DNA of 28,744 nucleotides from Myxococcota bacterium (GCA_041288095.1 JBGGMJ010000091.1:1-28744), one strand, 5' to 3'; shown: positions 7,640 through 16,995, counted from the first letter of the stretch. Made by a program: numbers and translations. Notes: generated by a model from the letters alone, not told the origin.

Positions 7640-8489
7640 GCACGCTCCGCAGCCGGTGAGCGAGATCGTAGGCGGCCGCGACATAGCCGTTCTGCTGCGA
7701 GCCCGGCCGGGCGTAAGCGTTGCCCTCGGAGTTGCCGCCGTTGAACTGCGAGACCGCGCGCCGCAGATCACCGTCGAAGCGATCTTGCATCAGGTTCCAC
7801 GTCAGGTGCGCCATGCCTGCCCGTACGCCGCCGGCGACCGTAGTGCGATCGACGGAAGCGAGGCCGGGGTCGACGTGCCGCAGGCCGGCCGCCGCTTCGG
7901 TCTGTGCCGTGCCGTTGACCTGGAGTGGACCGTCGGCCTTGATGTTCTTCGACCCGGTGTTCCACGTGCTCTCGATGCCGAGCATACCGAGAGTCACCTC
8001 CGGCATGTCACGCGCCGCTTGCCGTAAGCGCGCCGCGCGCTCGGGCTGAGTCGCCTCGATGGCGGCGGCTCGGTCATTGAGCGCTTTCACGAGCGGAGCG
8101 GCGTGTGCGTCGACGGACCTGCGGCCCTCCTCGAGGTTCCTTCGCGCTTCGGCGCCGCGCGGCCCGTCCAGGGCGCGCATTCTCGAGTCCCCGCGCACCG
8201 TGGGCGTCGTTGCCGTGTCGACACTCGTCGGCGGCGGATAGAACGGCTCACCGTAGCTGTTGGTGCCGGGAGGCCGCTTGGCGCCGCGGCGGGCCGCGAC
8301 GCCTTCGGCGGTTGGCGGATCAGGACCGGGACGCATGGCCTCGCCCCGCACCAGCGGAGGGCTGTGCGTGCCGACGAAACGGTCGACCGCCGGCTTTGGC
8401 TCTTCCTTGAGCCCAGTGTCTTGTTGGACCCCTTCGTTGCCCGAGATGGTGGTTCTCGGCGCAAGAATAGGGCCCACGGTGGCAACCAT
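7629..8489 (-). CDS. Hypothetical protein with C-terminal lytic transglycosylase (SLT)-like domain, 286 aa
   Basis: Start taken at ATG 8489 (MVATVGP...). Motifs GMLGIESTWN (catalytic ES), ADGPLQV (GLMQ-like) and DGDLRRAVSQFNGG (AYNAG-like) occur in the correct order. The N-terminus is Pro/Thr/Gly-rich. Confidence 0.65.
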   Translation of the reverse strand: MVATVGPILAPRTTISGNEGVQQDTGLKEEPKPAVDRFVGTHSPPLVRGEAMRPGPDPPTAEGVAARRGAKRPPGTNSYGEPFYPPPTSVDTATTPTVRGDSRMRALDGPRGAEARRNLEEGRRSVDAHAAPLVKALNDRAAAIEATQPERAARLRQAARDMPEVTLGMLGIESTWNTGSKNIKADGPLQVNGTAQTEAAAGLRHVDPGLASVDRTTVAGGVRAGMAHLTWNLMQDRFDGDLRRAVSQFNGGNSEGNAYARPGSQQNGYVAAAYDLAHRLRSVPRQ

Positions 8490-8621
8490 GGTGCGGCTCG
8501 CTGGTGGTCCCACACCTACGCACAACGTCCGACCCGCGGTTAGCGCGCGTGCCCTTGCGACATGGCGCATTTTGCCGCCAAGAAAGCCGCGGTAAGACTC
8601 TCGAGGGTATGAGGCGACGTC

Positions 8622-9608
8622 ATGGTCGACCGGGCAGCAGCCGTTCCCATCAGCAAATTTCTGCAGGGGCTGCAAGCGACGCCCGGCACCGAGCCGGCTC
8701 TTCGCGAGGCACGCGAGCGCGCGACGGCGGCCGAAGACTTGGCCTCGCCGGGCGGCTCGACGCTCACGGCGCAAGAACGCGCGCAGCTGCGTGCCTCGTT
8801 GCGCGGCGTGACTCTCGCCGGCGCGAGCCGAGAGACGCATACGACCTTCGCCAACTTGCAACGGGCCTTGCGCAGACCCGATGACGGCCGCGGCATCCTG
8901 CGGATCGCCGGCACTCAGGTTCGGCGTGAAGCGCCACCGTCCGCGGACGTCATTCCGCGTGAGCGCCGCCAAGAGCTCCTCACCTCGGCGGGCTGGCGCC
9001 CAGTCGAGGGTGACCCGACCCGTGTCCGCCATAGCGACGGGCGCACCCGGCCGCTCAGCGACGTGCTGACCGATATTCAGCGTACCCGCCCGGTGCCCAT
9101 CAACGTGACCTTGGGTGACCGCGCGCTGCCTCCCTTGGAGATGCGCTTCGACGGCAGCCAACGTCTCGAGTCGGCGCACGCGACGACGCGTCCCAACTCC
9201 ACCGACTACCAGCTCATTCCCAACGCCTCGATCGATGGCGTTGGCCGCTTTGGCGTCCGCGCAAACCCTTTGCACGAGCGCATTCGCGAGGCCATCCGCG
9301 CCGCGGGGCCCGAGCTCTACGGTGATACCGATCTGTCGCGGCCCGAGAATCTCGTGCCCTTCGTCCGCCGCATGACGGTCAACGCCTTCGACGGTTACAA
9401 CCCAGTGCTCGAGGGCGCCGACCTCCACACGGCGATTACCCAGGGCGCCTTCTTGCAAAGCACGCAGCGCATGGCCGGTCAGCGCTTTCCCGGGGACGGT
9501 CGCTGGGAAATAAGCCCGGTGCTCGCGGCGCGCCCGCCGATCGGCGGGCTAGGCAATCCCTGGGCGGTGTCGCACATCGACATCGAGCTGCAACGCCCTT
9601 CGCGCTAG
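8622..9608 (+). CDS. Hypothetical protein, 328 aa
   Basis: GAGG RBS 7 nt before ATG, codon bias like its neighbours, fills the gap between the SLT-like gene and tyrA. No family recognised. Confidence 0.7.
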   Translation: MVDRAAAVPISKFLQGLQATPGTEPALREARERATAAEDLASPGGSTLTAQERAQLRASLRGVTLAGASRETHTTFANLQRALRRPDDGRGILRIAGTQVRREAPPSADVIPRERRQELLTSAGWRPVEGDPTRVRHSDGRTRPLSDVLTDIQRTRPVPINVTLGDRALPPLEMRFDGSQRLESAHATTRPNSTDYQLIPNASIDGVGRFGVRANPLHERIREAIRAAGPELYGDTDLSRPENLVPFVRRMTVNAFDGYNPVLEGADLHTAITQGAFLQSTQRMAGQRFPGDGRWEISPVLAARPPIGGLGNPWAVSHIDIELQRPSR

Positions 9609-10330
9609 CCGATCTCGGCGTCGATCTTCCGCAAGGCCTCGATGAGCTCGCGCCGCGCTTCCTTGGCGAATGGGTTGCCCGTCTGGATGGCGGTGAAGAG
9701 GTGGCCGGCGTCTTCGCGGACCAAGGACACCACGTGCGCCATCGACTTGAACGAGGGCGGCGCGAACGGGGCGCTGGCGGCGCCGATGTCCTGGAGCGCG
9801 CGCGCCACGAAGAACGCGAGCACGTGCGTGCGCGACATGACGCGGTCGTGCTCTTCGGCGGAGACGACCGCGAGCTCGCAACCGATGGCGCGGTAGAACG
9901 CGGAGGCGGCGTCGGTGATCTCGGAGGCGTCGAGGCGCGGACAGAGCACCACCGTGCGTGGCTCGCCTCGCGACAAGCTAACCGGACCGAAGAGGGGGTG
10001 GCTGGCGATCCAGCGCGCGCGTTCCCCGATGATCTCGCGCATGTGAGCCTCGGGCTCGACCTTCACGCTGCAAACGTCGATGACCAACTGCTCCGGACGC
10101 AATAGCGGAGCGCAGGCGCGCAATGTCTCCACGAGATTCTCGACGGGGACGGCGACGATCAAGACGTCGGCGGTCCTCACGACCTCTTCCAAGCTGGTGG
10201 CGCTCCCCTCGGAATGCCTGGGGTCGAAGGCGAGGGTGGGAAGGCCATGCGCGCGCGTGAGCCCCGCGAAAGCGGCGCCGAAACGACCGAGGCCGAGGAT
10301 GCCAATCTGATACGATGAGCCCGTTGCCAT
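9605..10330 (-). CDS. tyrA: Monofunctional prephenate/arogenate dehydrogenase
   Basis: ATG 10330 with AAGGGA upstream. Motifs IGILGLGRFG, IDVCSVKV, ASHPLFGP and EEHDRVMSRTHVL; 241 aa. Confidence 0.85.
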   Translation of the reverse strand: MATGSSYQIGILGLGRFGAAFAGLTRAHGLPTLAFDPRHSEGSATSLEEVVRTADVLIVAVPVENLVETLRACAPLLRPEQLVIDVCSVKVEPEAHMREIIGERARWIASHPLFGPVSLSRGEPRTVVLCPRLDASEITDAASAFYRAIGCELAVVSAEEHDRVMSRTHVLAFFVARALQDIGAASAPFAPPSFKSMAHVVSLVREDAGHLFTAIQTGNPFAKEARRELIEALRKIDAEIG

Positions 10331-10351
10331 GTCCCTTCTCGATACGACCAA

Positions 10352-10915
10352 ATGAGCACCGGCGTCACTATCGGCGAGTCGGACGGCGACTCGGACCTCC
10401 ACGGCATCTTGCGCCTGCAGCGTGCCAATCTCCGCGGTCGGGTCGATGCGGATACGGCGCGCGCCCAAGGCTTCGTGACCGTCGAGCATGACCTCGCGAC
10501 CCTCGAGCGCATGCACGCGATGGCGCCCTCGATCGTCGCGAAGCACCAAGATGAGGTCGTCGGTTACGCCTTGGTGATGCCTCTCGGAGCGCGGCGCGAC
10601 GTGCCCGTCCTGGAGCCCATGTTCGCCCTCTTCGACCGGCTATCGTTCGCCGGCCGGCCGCTCACCGCGTACCGCTACTACGTGATGGGGCAGGTCTGCG
10701 TCGCCGAGGCCGCCCGCGGGCAGGGTGTGTTCGATGCGCTCTACGCCGGGCATCGACGAATCCTCGCCGGTCGCTATGAGCTTTGCGTCACGGAGATCTC
10801 GCTCTCCAACCCACGCTCGCTACGGGCGCACGCGCGGGTCGGTTTCGTCGAGATTCACCGGTATCGCGACGCCACCGACGACTGGTCGGTCGTTGCCCTC
10901 GACCTGAGCGCCTAA
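10352..10915 (+). CDS. GNAT-family N-acetyltransferase
   Basis: Acetyl-CoA motif MGQVCVAEAARGQGVFDALY and NPRSLRAHARVGF. Confidence 0.88.
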   Translation: MSTGVTIGESDGDSDLHGILRLQRANLRGRVDADTARAQGFVTVEHDLATLERMHAMAPSIVAKHQDEVVGYALVMPLGARRDVPVLEPMFALFDRLSFAGRPLTAYRYYVMGQVCVAEAARGQGVFDALYAGHRRILAGRYELCVTEISLSNPRSLRAHARVGFVEIHRYRDATDDWSVVALDLSA

Positions 10916-10936
10916 GCCGGGCACATTCCTCGGTCC

Positions 10937-12235
10937 ATGCACATCGTCATTGTCGGCAACGGCATCGCCGGCATCACTTGCGCCCTCGACGCGCGAAGCC
11001 GCGACGCCTCGGCGCGCATCACCGTCGTCGGCGGCGAGAGCGAGTTCTTCTACTCGCGCACCGCTCTCATGTACGCGTTCATGGACAAGATGAACCGCCG
11101 CGACCTCGAGCCCTACGAGCGCGACGTCTGGCGCAAGCGCAACATCGGCCTCGTCACCGATTGGGTCGTCGACCACGACGCTGAAAAGCGCGAGGTGAAG
11201 CTCGCCGGGGGAAAGACGCTCACCTACGACGTCTTGGTGCTGGCGCTCGGCGCAACCGCGAACGTGCCCGATTGGGCCGGGCTCGCCGAGACCAAGCAGG
11301 GTGTCGTCAACTTCATCTCGGCCCAGGACCTCGACGCCTGTGAAGCCCTGGTGCCGAAAGCCGGGCGCGCTGTCGTCGTCGGTGGCGGTCTCATCGGCAT
11401 CGAGCTCGTCGAGTGCTTGATGCACCACGGTATCGCGACGACCTTCTTGATTCGCGAGCCGTACTACTGGCCGGCTGCTCTCTCGCGCGAAGAATCGCAG
11501 ATGGTCATCGCGCACCTGCGCGAGCAGGGTGTCGAGGTCGTCGTCGACGAGAGCGTGGAGCGGGTCGAGTCCACGGGCGGCCGCTTCAACGCGGTGGTGA
11601 CCAAGAGCGGCAAGCGCTACGCGGGCGACATCCTCGGCGTATGCATCGGCGTTCGTGCCAATCTCGAGCGCATGAAGTCGTGGAAGAGCGCGCCCGCGAG
11701 CCGTCGCGGCATCATCGTCGACGAGCGCTTCCGCACCAACCTGCCCGCGGTCTTCGCCTGCGGTGACTGCTGTGAGATCGAGCGCCCGGGCCGCGCGCCG
11801 CTCATCGAGACCATCTGGTACTCGGCCAAGCGGCACGGCGCGTTGGTCGCGCGCAATGTCTTCGGCGACGACGTCGCCTACGAGCCGCCGGTGTTCTTCA
11901 ACAGCTCGAAGTTCTTTCACATCGAGTTCACCACCGTCGGCGAGGTCGAGTACGCCCCCGCCGGCACGCCGACAATCTTTCGCCACCGCAGCGGCAAGCA
12001 CGTGTGCCAACGCATCGTTCACGACGGCACGCGCGTCATCGGTTTCAACATGTTGGGCTCCCGCTGGGACAACGAGGTGCTCGCGCGTTGGGTCGAGGAG
12101 CGGCGCTCGCCGACTTGGGTCCTGCGGCACCTCGCCGAAGCGCAACACGACGTGGAGCTCGGCCGCATGAACCTGCAGGCGTTCGACGAGGTCAACATTC
12201 CGCTCGCCAAGCTCGGGAGTCCGCCCCATGCGTAA
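10937..12235 (+). CDS. NAD(P)/FAD-dependent oxidoreductase (pyridine nucleotide-disulfide / rubredoxin reductase-like)
   Basis: IVIVGNGIAG, YDVLVLALGA, VVVGGGLIGIELVE and TNLPAVFACGDC motifs. Confidence 0.92.
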   Translation: MHIVIVGNGIAGITCALDARSRDASARITVVGGESEFFYSRTALMYAFMDKMNRRDLEPYERDVWRKRNIGLVTDWVVDHDAEKREVKLAGGKTLTYDVLVLALGATANVPDWAGLAETKQGVVNFISAQDLDACEALVPKAGRAVVVGGGLIGIELVECLMHHGIATTFLIREPYYWPAALSREESQMVIAHLREQGVEVVVDESVERVESTGGRFNAVVTKSGKRYAGDILGVCIGVRANLERMKSWKSAPASRRGIIVDERFRTNLPAVFACGDCCEIERPGRAPLIETIWYSAKRHGALVARNVFGDDVAYEPPVFFNSSKFFHIEFTTVGEVEYAPAGTPTIFRHRSGKHVCQRIVHDGTRVIGFNMLGSRWDNEVLARWVEERRSPTWVLRHLAEAQHDVELGRMNLQAFDEVNIPLAKLGSPPHA

Positions 12236-13331
12236 GGTAGGCGTCCGCGGCTGGTTGCTTCACGACGTGACCCACCGCGGCATCACCGCTTGGTTGCTCG
12301 CGGCCGTCATCTTCGCGTTCTACATCGTGCTCTACTTTGGCGGACAATACGGTATCCCGGATCTCGTCTCCCCGTGGGCCGAGCAGCTCGGGCTGTCGAG
12401 CAAATGGGTGCTCTACGGCGCGCTCTACAGCGCGGCGATCGTGCTCGGCGGTTTCTGGATGCTCTGGAAGTACCGGCACAACCGCTACCAGGTCGTGCGT
12501 ACCCTCGTGGTCATGGTCGTGCAGGTGACGCTCGGCTTCAGCGTGCCGCAGATGCTCAAGCACGCTGGGCAGCCGGAGTACTACTTCAGCTATTTGTGGC
12601 CGCTGAAGATCGATTACTTCTACCCCTACAACATCACCGGTCTCCCCTGGCCCTATGTCGTTTATAGCGTTGTCGGCGCGCTGGTCATGGTGCCGGTGCT
12701 CGGCGTCTTCTTCGGCAAGCGCTGGTACTGCTCCTGGGTGTGCGGTTGCGGTGGGCTCGCGAACACCGCGGGTGAGCCCTTCCGCCACCTCACCTCGAAG
12801 AGCACGCCCGCGTGGCGCTTCGAGAAGGTCGCGATCCACACGGTGTTGATCGCCGCGTTGCTGGCGACGGCGCTGGCGATCGGGTCGGCGTTGCTGCCGG
12901 AGGAGTCGCCGATCGTCCCGGTCGCGGGGAAATACCGCGAATTCTACGGCATCATCGTCGGCGGCATTCTCTCCGGCGTCATCGGCGTCGGCCTTTATCC
13001 CATCGGCGGCACGCGCGCCTGGTGCCGCAACTTCTGTCCGATGGCGGCGATCCTCGGCCTCGTGCAGAAGCTCGGCCGCTTCCGCATCCGCGTGAAGAAG
13101 GACATGTGCATCTCGTGCGGCCTGTGCTCGAAGTATTGCGAGATGGGCATCGACGTGCGCTCCTACGCGCAGGCCAATCAGAGCTTTACGCGCGCGTCGT
13201 GTGTCGGCTGCGGCATGTGCGCCGAAGTTTGCCCGCGCGGCGTCCTCACGCTCGAGAACGTGACGCGCAAGGACCCGCAGGAGGCCGTGCGTCGCGCTCC
13301 CGGGCGGGCGAGCCTGCCCATCATCACCTGA
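12228..13331 (+). CDS. Membrane-bound 4Fe-4S polyferredoxin (NapH/MauN/NosR-like)
   Basis: Several transmembrane stretches, YCSWVCGCG and WCRNFCP motifs, and two ferredoxin motifs CISCGLCSKYC and CVGCGMCAEVCP. Overlaps the upstream gene by 8 bp. Confidence 0.9.
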   Translation: MRKVGVRGWLLHDVTHRGITAWLLAAVIFAFYIVLYFGGQYGIPDLVSPWAEQLGLSSKWVLYGALYSAAIVLGGFWMLWKYRHNRYQVVRTLVVMVVQVTLGFSVPQMLKHAGQPEYYFSYLWPLKIDYFYPYNITGLPWPYVVYSVVGALVMVPVLGVFFGKRWYCSWVCGCGGLANTAGEPFRHLTSKSTPAWRFEKVAIHTVLIAALLATALAIGSALLPEESPIVPVAGKYREFYGIIVGGILSGVIGVGLYPIGGTRAWCRNFCPMAAILGLVQKLGRFRIRVKKDMCISCGLCSKYCEMGIDVRSYAQANQSFTRASCVGCGMCAEVCPRGVLTLENVTRKDPQEAVRRAPGRASLPIIT

Positions 13332-13341
13332 GGTCGCCCTG

Positions 13342-14004
13342 GTGGTCGCGCGCACGCCCAGCGCCATGAGAGCGTTCATCACCGAGAACACCACGGTGGC
13401 GGCGCCCGGTCTCGTGCCCGAGGTCCGCTTGCACCTGGTCACCGAGCTGACACCGCTATGGCGGTCGACAGCCGACATCTTGGAGCGCTTCGACTTGCCG
13501 CCACCGTTCTGGGCATTCGCTTGGGCCGGTGGCCAAGGGCTCGCGCGCTACGTGCTCGATCACCCCGAGATCGTCCGCGGCCTGCGTGTCTTCGACTTCG
13601 CGACCGGCTCGGGTCTGGTCGCCATCGCCGCGGCTAGAGCGGGCGCGTCGCACGTGGGCGCGAGCGAGATCGACCCGTTTTCAGTCGAGGCCGCGCGGCT
13701 GAACGCGGCGCTCAACGGCGTCAGCCTCGAGGTCGTGTTGCGCGACGTGGTGGGGGAGGAGCTCGCCGGCTACGACGTCGTGCTCGCCGGCGACGTGTTC
13801 TACGAGCGCCCGCTCGCCGAAGGCGGCACGCGCTGGTTCCGAGAGCTCGCGCGTCGCGGCGCCTCGGTGCTCGTTGGGGACCCCGGCCGCGTCTACTCGC
13901 AAAGCGAAGGCCTGGAGCTGGTCGCGACCTATCGGGTCCCTACGAGCCGCGAGATCGAAGACGACGACTTGCGCCCGAGCCACGTGTTGCGCGTCGTCGG
14001 ATAG
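13342..14004 (+). CDS. Class I SAM-dependent methyltransferase (METTL20/PrmA-like protein lysine methyltransferase)
   Basis: PPPFWAFAWAGGQGLARY, VFDFATGSGLVAIAA, LAGDVFYE and GDPGR motifs. Confidence 0.88.
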   Translation: MVARTPSAMRAFITENTTVAAPGLVPEVRLHLVTELTPLWRSTADILERFDLPPPFWAFAWAGGQGLARYVLDHPEIVRGLRVFDFATGSGLVAIAAARAGASHVGASEIDPFSVEAARLNAALNGVSLEVVLRDVVGEELAGYDVVLAGDVFYERPLAEGGTRWFRELARRGASVLVGDPGRVYSQSEGLELVATYRVPTSREIEDDDLRPSHVLRVVG

Positions 14005-15032
14005 CCGGCATGTTTGGCGAGCAGGGCGGCGAACAAGCGCGGCGTGCGTGACAGGACGTTGATCGCTTGGCGGCGCAGAGCCGGCTTGCGCGCGAGCGCC
14101 AGCATCATGCCCGTCGTTCGGTAGTAGCCGCGCGTGAGGCGCCGGTAGTGGTCCTCGTAGGTCGCCAGAGGCTGGCCGCGGGCGATCACGTCCGCCAAGG
14201 CAAGCGCGCAGCCGAAGCCGATGGAGAGGCCTTCGCCGGTCAGCGCGTCGACGTAGCCTGCGGCGTCACCGACCAGGGCGACATGTCCGAGATGGCGGCG
14301 CTCGACGCGTTGATGGAACGGCCCAGCTCCACGCAGCGGCGAAACGATCTCCGCATGGGCGAGCCTCGCGGCGAGCTGCGGGAAGCGGTCGAGTGCCTCG
14401 TCGAACGACACGAGCTTCCCGTGGCTGATGATGGCGACGCCGACGCAGTTGTTCGCCACCGGTGTGACGTAGGCTTCGCAGGCATCATGCCAGTGGACGT
14501 CGACGTGCTCGGACCACGGCCGTATCGCGTAGTGGCGGCGCGCGGCGTAGCGCGGATAGGGCCCTGGGCGTACCTCGATGCCGGCGAGGTCGCGGATCTT
14601 GCTGTGAAGCCCGTCCGCTTCGACCACCAGTCGAGCCGCGAGGTCGCCATCGCTGGTCTCGAGCACGGCGTGATCGCGCTCCTGGCGCAGACCCGTCGCG
14701 GATACGCCAAAGCGGACATCGCAGCCGAGCTCTTCGGCCCGGCGCCGCATGCTGTCGAAGAGGACCGTGCGGCGGACCCCGAGAGCAGGCTCGGGAAAGG
14801 TCGCCGCCACCGTACGCTGCCCGTCGACGTAGCGGATCCCCACGAAGGGATGCGCAATCGGCGGCGTAACGCCGAGCTCGGCGAGGTACCTCACGCCGTG
14901 CGGCAGAATGCCCTCGCCGCACGCCTTGTCGCAGGGCGGCTCGCGGCGATCGATGACGATGCAGGCGATGCCGTGCAAGCGCGCGGCGATGGCCGTGGCC
15001 AGGCCAACGGGGCCGGCGCCGACCACCACCAA
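13929..15032 (-). CDS. FAD-dependent monooxygenase/oxidoreductase of the type III PKS cluster (possible CTG start at 15041)
   Basis: VVVGAGPVG, DKACGEG, EADGLHS and LVGDAAGYVDALTGEG motifs. Confidence 0.9.
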   Translation of the reverse strand: MVVVGAGPVGLATAIAARLHGIACIVIDRREPPCDKACGEGILPHGVRYLAELGVTPPIAHPFVGIRYVDGQRTVAATFPEPALGVRRTVLFDSMRRRAEELGCDVRFGVSATGLRQERDHAVLETSDGDLAARLVVEADGLHSKIRDLAGIEVRPGPYPRYAARRHYAIRPWSEHVDVHWHDACEAYVTPVANNCVGVAIISHGKLVSFDEALDRFPQLAARLAHAEIVSPLRGAGPFHQRVERRHLGHVALVGDAAGYVDALTGEGLSIGFGCALALADVIARGQPLATYEDHYRRLTRGYYRTTGMMLALARKPALRRQAINVLSRTPRLFAALLAKHAGYPTTRNTWLGRKSSSSISRLVGTR

Positions 15033-15037
15033 CGGTT

Positions 15038-16756
15038 TCAGGCGCCGCTCCGAGTTTTCACCATGGCGAGCTTCGAGCGCAGCGCGGTGATACCGAGCTT
15101 GAACATCGACACCGGTGTCGGCGGCGTCAGCGTGCCAGCGCGGAAGCGGCGGGCGGCCTCGGAGCGCGAGATCTTGCCGCTCGAAGTCCGCGGTAGCGTT
15201 CCCGGCTCGAGCACCACGATGCGCAGCTCGGTGAAGCCGGTCGCCGAGCCGACGGCGTCACGCACCGCGGCTTCGTCGACGGTCTGACCGCGCGCGTGCT
15301 CGACGAAGAGGTGGAGCTCTTCGCCCTCGGCGCCGGTGATGCCCACGGCGGCGACACAGCCACTGCGGACACCGGCGACGCCACTCACGGCGTGCTCGAT
15401 GTCGTGGGGCGCGTATTTCCTGCCGCGGATCACGATGATGTCCTTGGTGCGGCCGTACACGAACAGCTCGCCGCCATGGATGAACCCAGTGTCGCCGGTG
15501 TCGAGCCAGGCGTCGGCGGCGCGAGGTGGCTCACCGAGGTAGCCGTGCGTCACCGACGGTCCGCGGATCTCGATGCGGCCGAGCGTGCTGTCGGCCGCCG
15601 CCTTGCCCTCATCGTCGGCGATGCGCAGCTCGACGGAGGGCAGGGGCTTGCCGAGCGATACGAGCTGGGTGCCGTCGGGGGCCGGTGTCGCGACGCCCTC
15701 ACCCGCGAGCTTCTGCGTGTCGAAGCGCTGCATGCTCCAGCGACTCTTGAGATCGCTGAAGGTGACCGCCAAGGTCGCCTCCGCGAGTCCGTAGACGGGC
15801 GTTAGCGTCTCCGGGCGCAGCCCGCGCCGGGAGAAGCGCTCACCGAAGCGTGTCATGACCGCGGGGGCAACCGGCTCGGCGCCGTTCAAGGCGACCCGCC
15901 ACGAGGAGAGGTTGACGCCGACGAGGGCCGCGTCGTCGATGCGCTCGAGGCAAAGCGAATAGGCGAAGCTAGGCGCCGCGCTGATGGTGGCGCGCTTCTC
16001 GGAGATGGTGCGCAACCAGCGAACCGGCTCGGTGATGAAGGTCTCGGGGCCGAGGAGCGTCAGCTCGCCTGGGTACGCTAAAGCGGCCAAGACGCAGCCG
16101 ATGAGACCCATGTCGTGGTACAGGGGCAGCCAGCTGACGCAGCTGTGACGCTCGGGCGCGGCCAGGGGATAGGCCTCGTCGATGGCACCGAGAATCGCCG
16201 TGACGTTCGAGAGGATCTGGCGGTGCGTGAGGACGATTGGCTTGGGCGCCCCGGTCGTCCCCGACGAGAACTGCACGAAGGCGACGTCGTCTTCCGCGAG
16301 AGTCGGCCGCATCGCCGCGACCATGTCGCGCGTCAGGTCGCGCACGTCGAGCCAGCCGCGGACCGGCTGGGCGGCGAGCATGGTATCGCCGATCACCTTG
16401 CCGGCGCGGCTGTCGGTGATGACGAGCTTGGCGTCGACCGCCCGCAACATCTGGGCGGTGCGCTCGTGGTATTCGTCGAGCCGGCCGAGCCGTGTCGGCG
16501 GATAGAGCGGCACCGGCACCGCGCCGACGATGATGCAGCCGAAGAAGGCATCGAAGAAGCCGACGCACGTCGGCAGGATGATGCCGACGCGCTCATGCGG
16601 CTCGACACCCCGCTTGCGTAACATGGCGGCGGCGGCGCGGGCACGCTCGGCGAGCGCGACGTAGGGAACGCGCTCCTCGTTACCGCGTGCATCGATGAAG
16701 TTGACCGCATGCGGAGAGGCAGCGGCGCGGGCCAGGATATCGGCAAGGGTTTTCAC
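15038..16756 (-). CDS. Fatty acyl-AMP ligase (FAAL)
   Basis: GTG 16756 overlaps the ACP stop (GTGA). Motifs FVQFSSGTTGAPK, SWLPLYHDMGLIG, NGAEPV, YGLAEATLAV, WLDTGDTG and LPRTSSGK. Confidence 0.92.
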   Translation of the reverse strand: MKTLADILARAAASPHAVNFIDARGNEERVPYVALAERARAAAAMLRKRGVEPHERVGIILPTCVGFFDAFFGCIIVGAVPVPLYPPTRLGRLDEYHERTAQMLRAVDAKLVITDSRAGKVIGDTMLAAQPVRGWLDVRDLTRDMVAAMRPTLAEDDVAFVQFSSGTTGAPKPIVLTHRQILSNVTAILGAIDEAYPLAAPERHSCVSWLPLYHDMGLIGCVLAALAYPGELTLLGPETFITEPVRWLRTISEKRATISAAPSFAYSLCLERIDDAALVGVNLSSWRVALNGAEPVAPAVMTRFGERFSRRGLRPETLTPVYGLAEATLAVTFSDLKSRWSMQRFDTQKLAGEGVATPAPDGTQLVSLGKPLPSVELRIADDEGKAAADSTLGRIEIRGPSVTHGYLGEPPRAADAWLDTGDTGFIHGGELFVYGRTKDIIVIRGRKYAPHDIEHAVSGVAGVRSGCVAAVGITGAEGEELHLFVEHARGQTVDEAAVRDAVGSATGFTELRIVVLEPGTLPRTSSGKISRSEAARRFRAGTLTPPTPVSMFKLGITALRSKLAMVKTRSGA

Positions 16757-16995
16757 TTCGGTACTCGTGTGGCGAGGAAGCGGACGACATCCCCGACGGT
16801 GATCAACGCGGCTTCGTCGCCGGGATCGAGGCATACCTCGAAGCGGTCCTCGATGGCGACGACCAACTCCAAGAGCTTCAAGGAATCGAGCTGCAGATCG
16901 CGGCGGAAATCGGTGGTCATCGAGATCTCGACCTCGCGCTTCATGGTCTTGGTGACGAGCTCGCTGACACTGTGGAAGATCTCGCCTTCGCTCAC
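16753..16995 (-). CDS. Acyl carrier protein, 80 aa
   Basis: GTG 16995 with GGAGAG RBS, overlapping the ICMT stop. Phosphopantetheine motif DLQLDSLKLLELVVAIEDRF. Confidence 0.92.
   Translation of the reverse strand: MSEGEIFHSVSELVTKTMKREVEISMTTDFRRDLQLDSLKLLELVVAIEDRFEVCLDPGDEAALITVGDVVRFLATRVPK

Noticed and set aside
8556..8578. RegA-like box between the orphan genes (GCGGC-AAAAT-GCGCC on the minus strand)
   Set aside because: Degenerate GC-rich match that could easily arise by chance; no supporting evidence.
13929..14004. 76-bp convergent overlap of the monooxygenase and methyltransferase
   Set aside because: Most simply a non-conserved C-terminal run-on in a stop-poor GC-rich genome.
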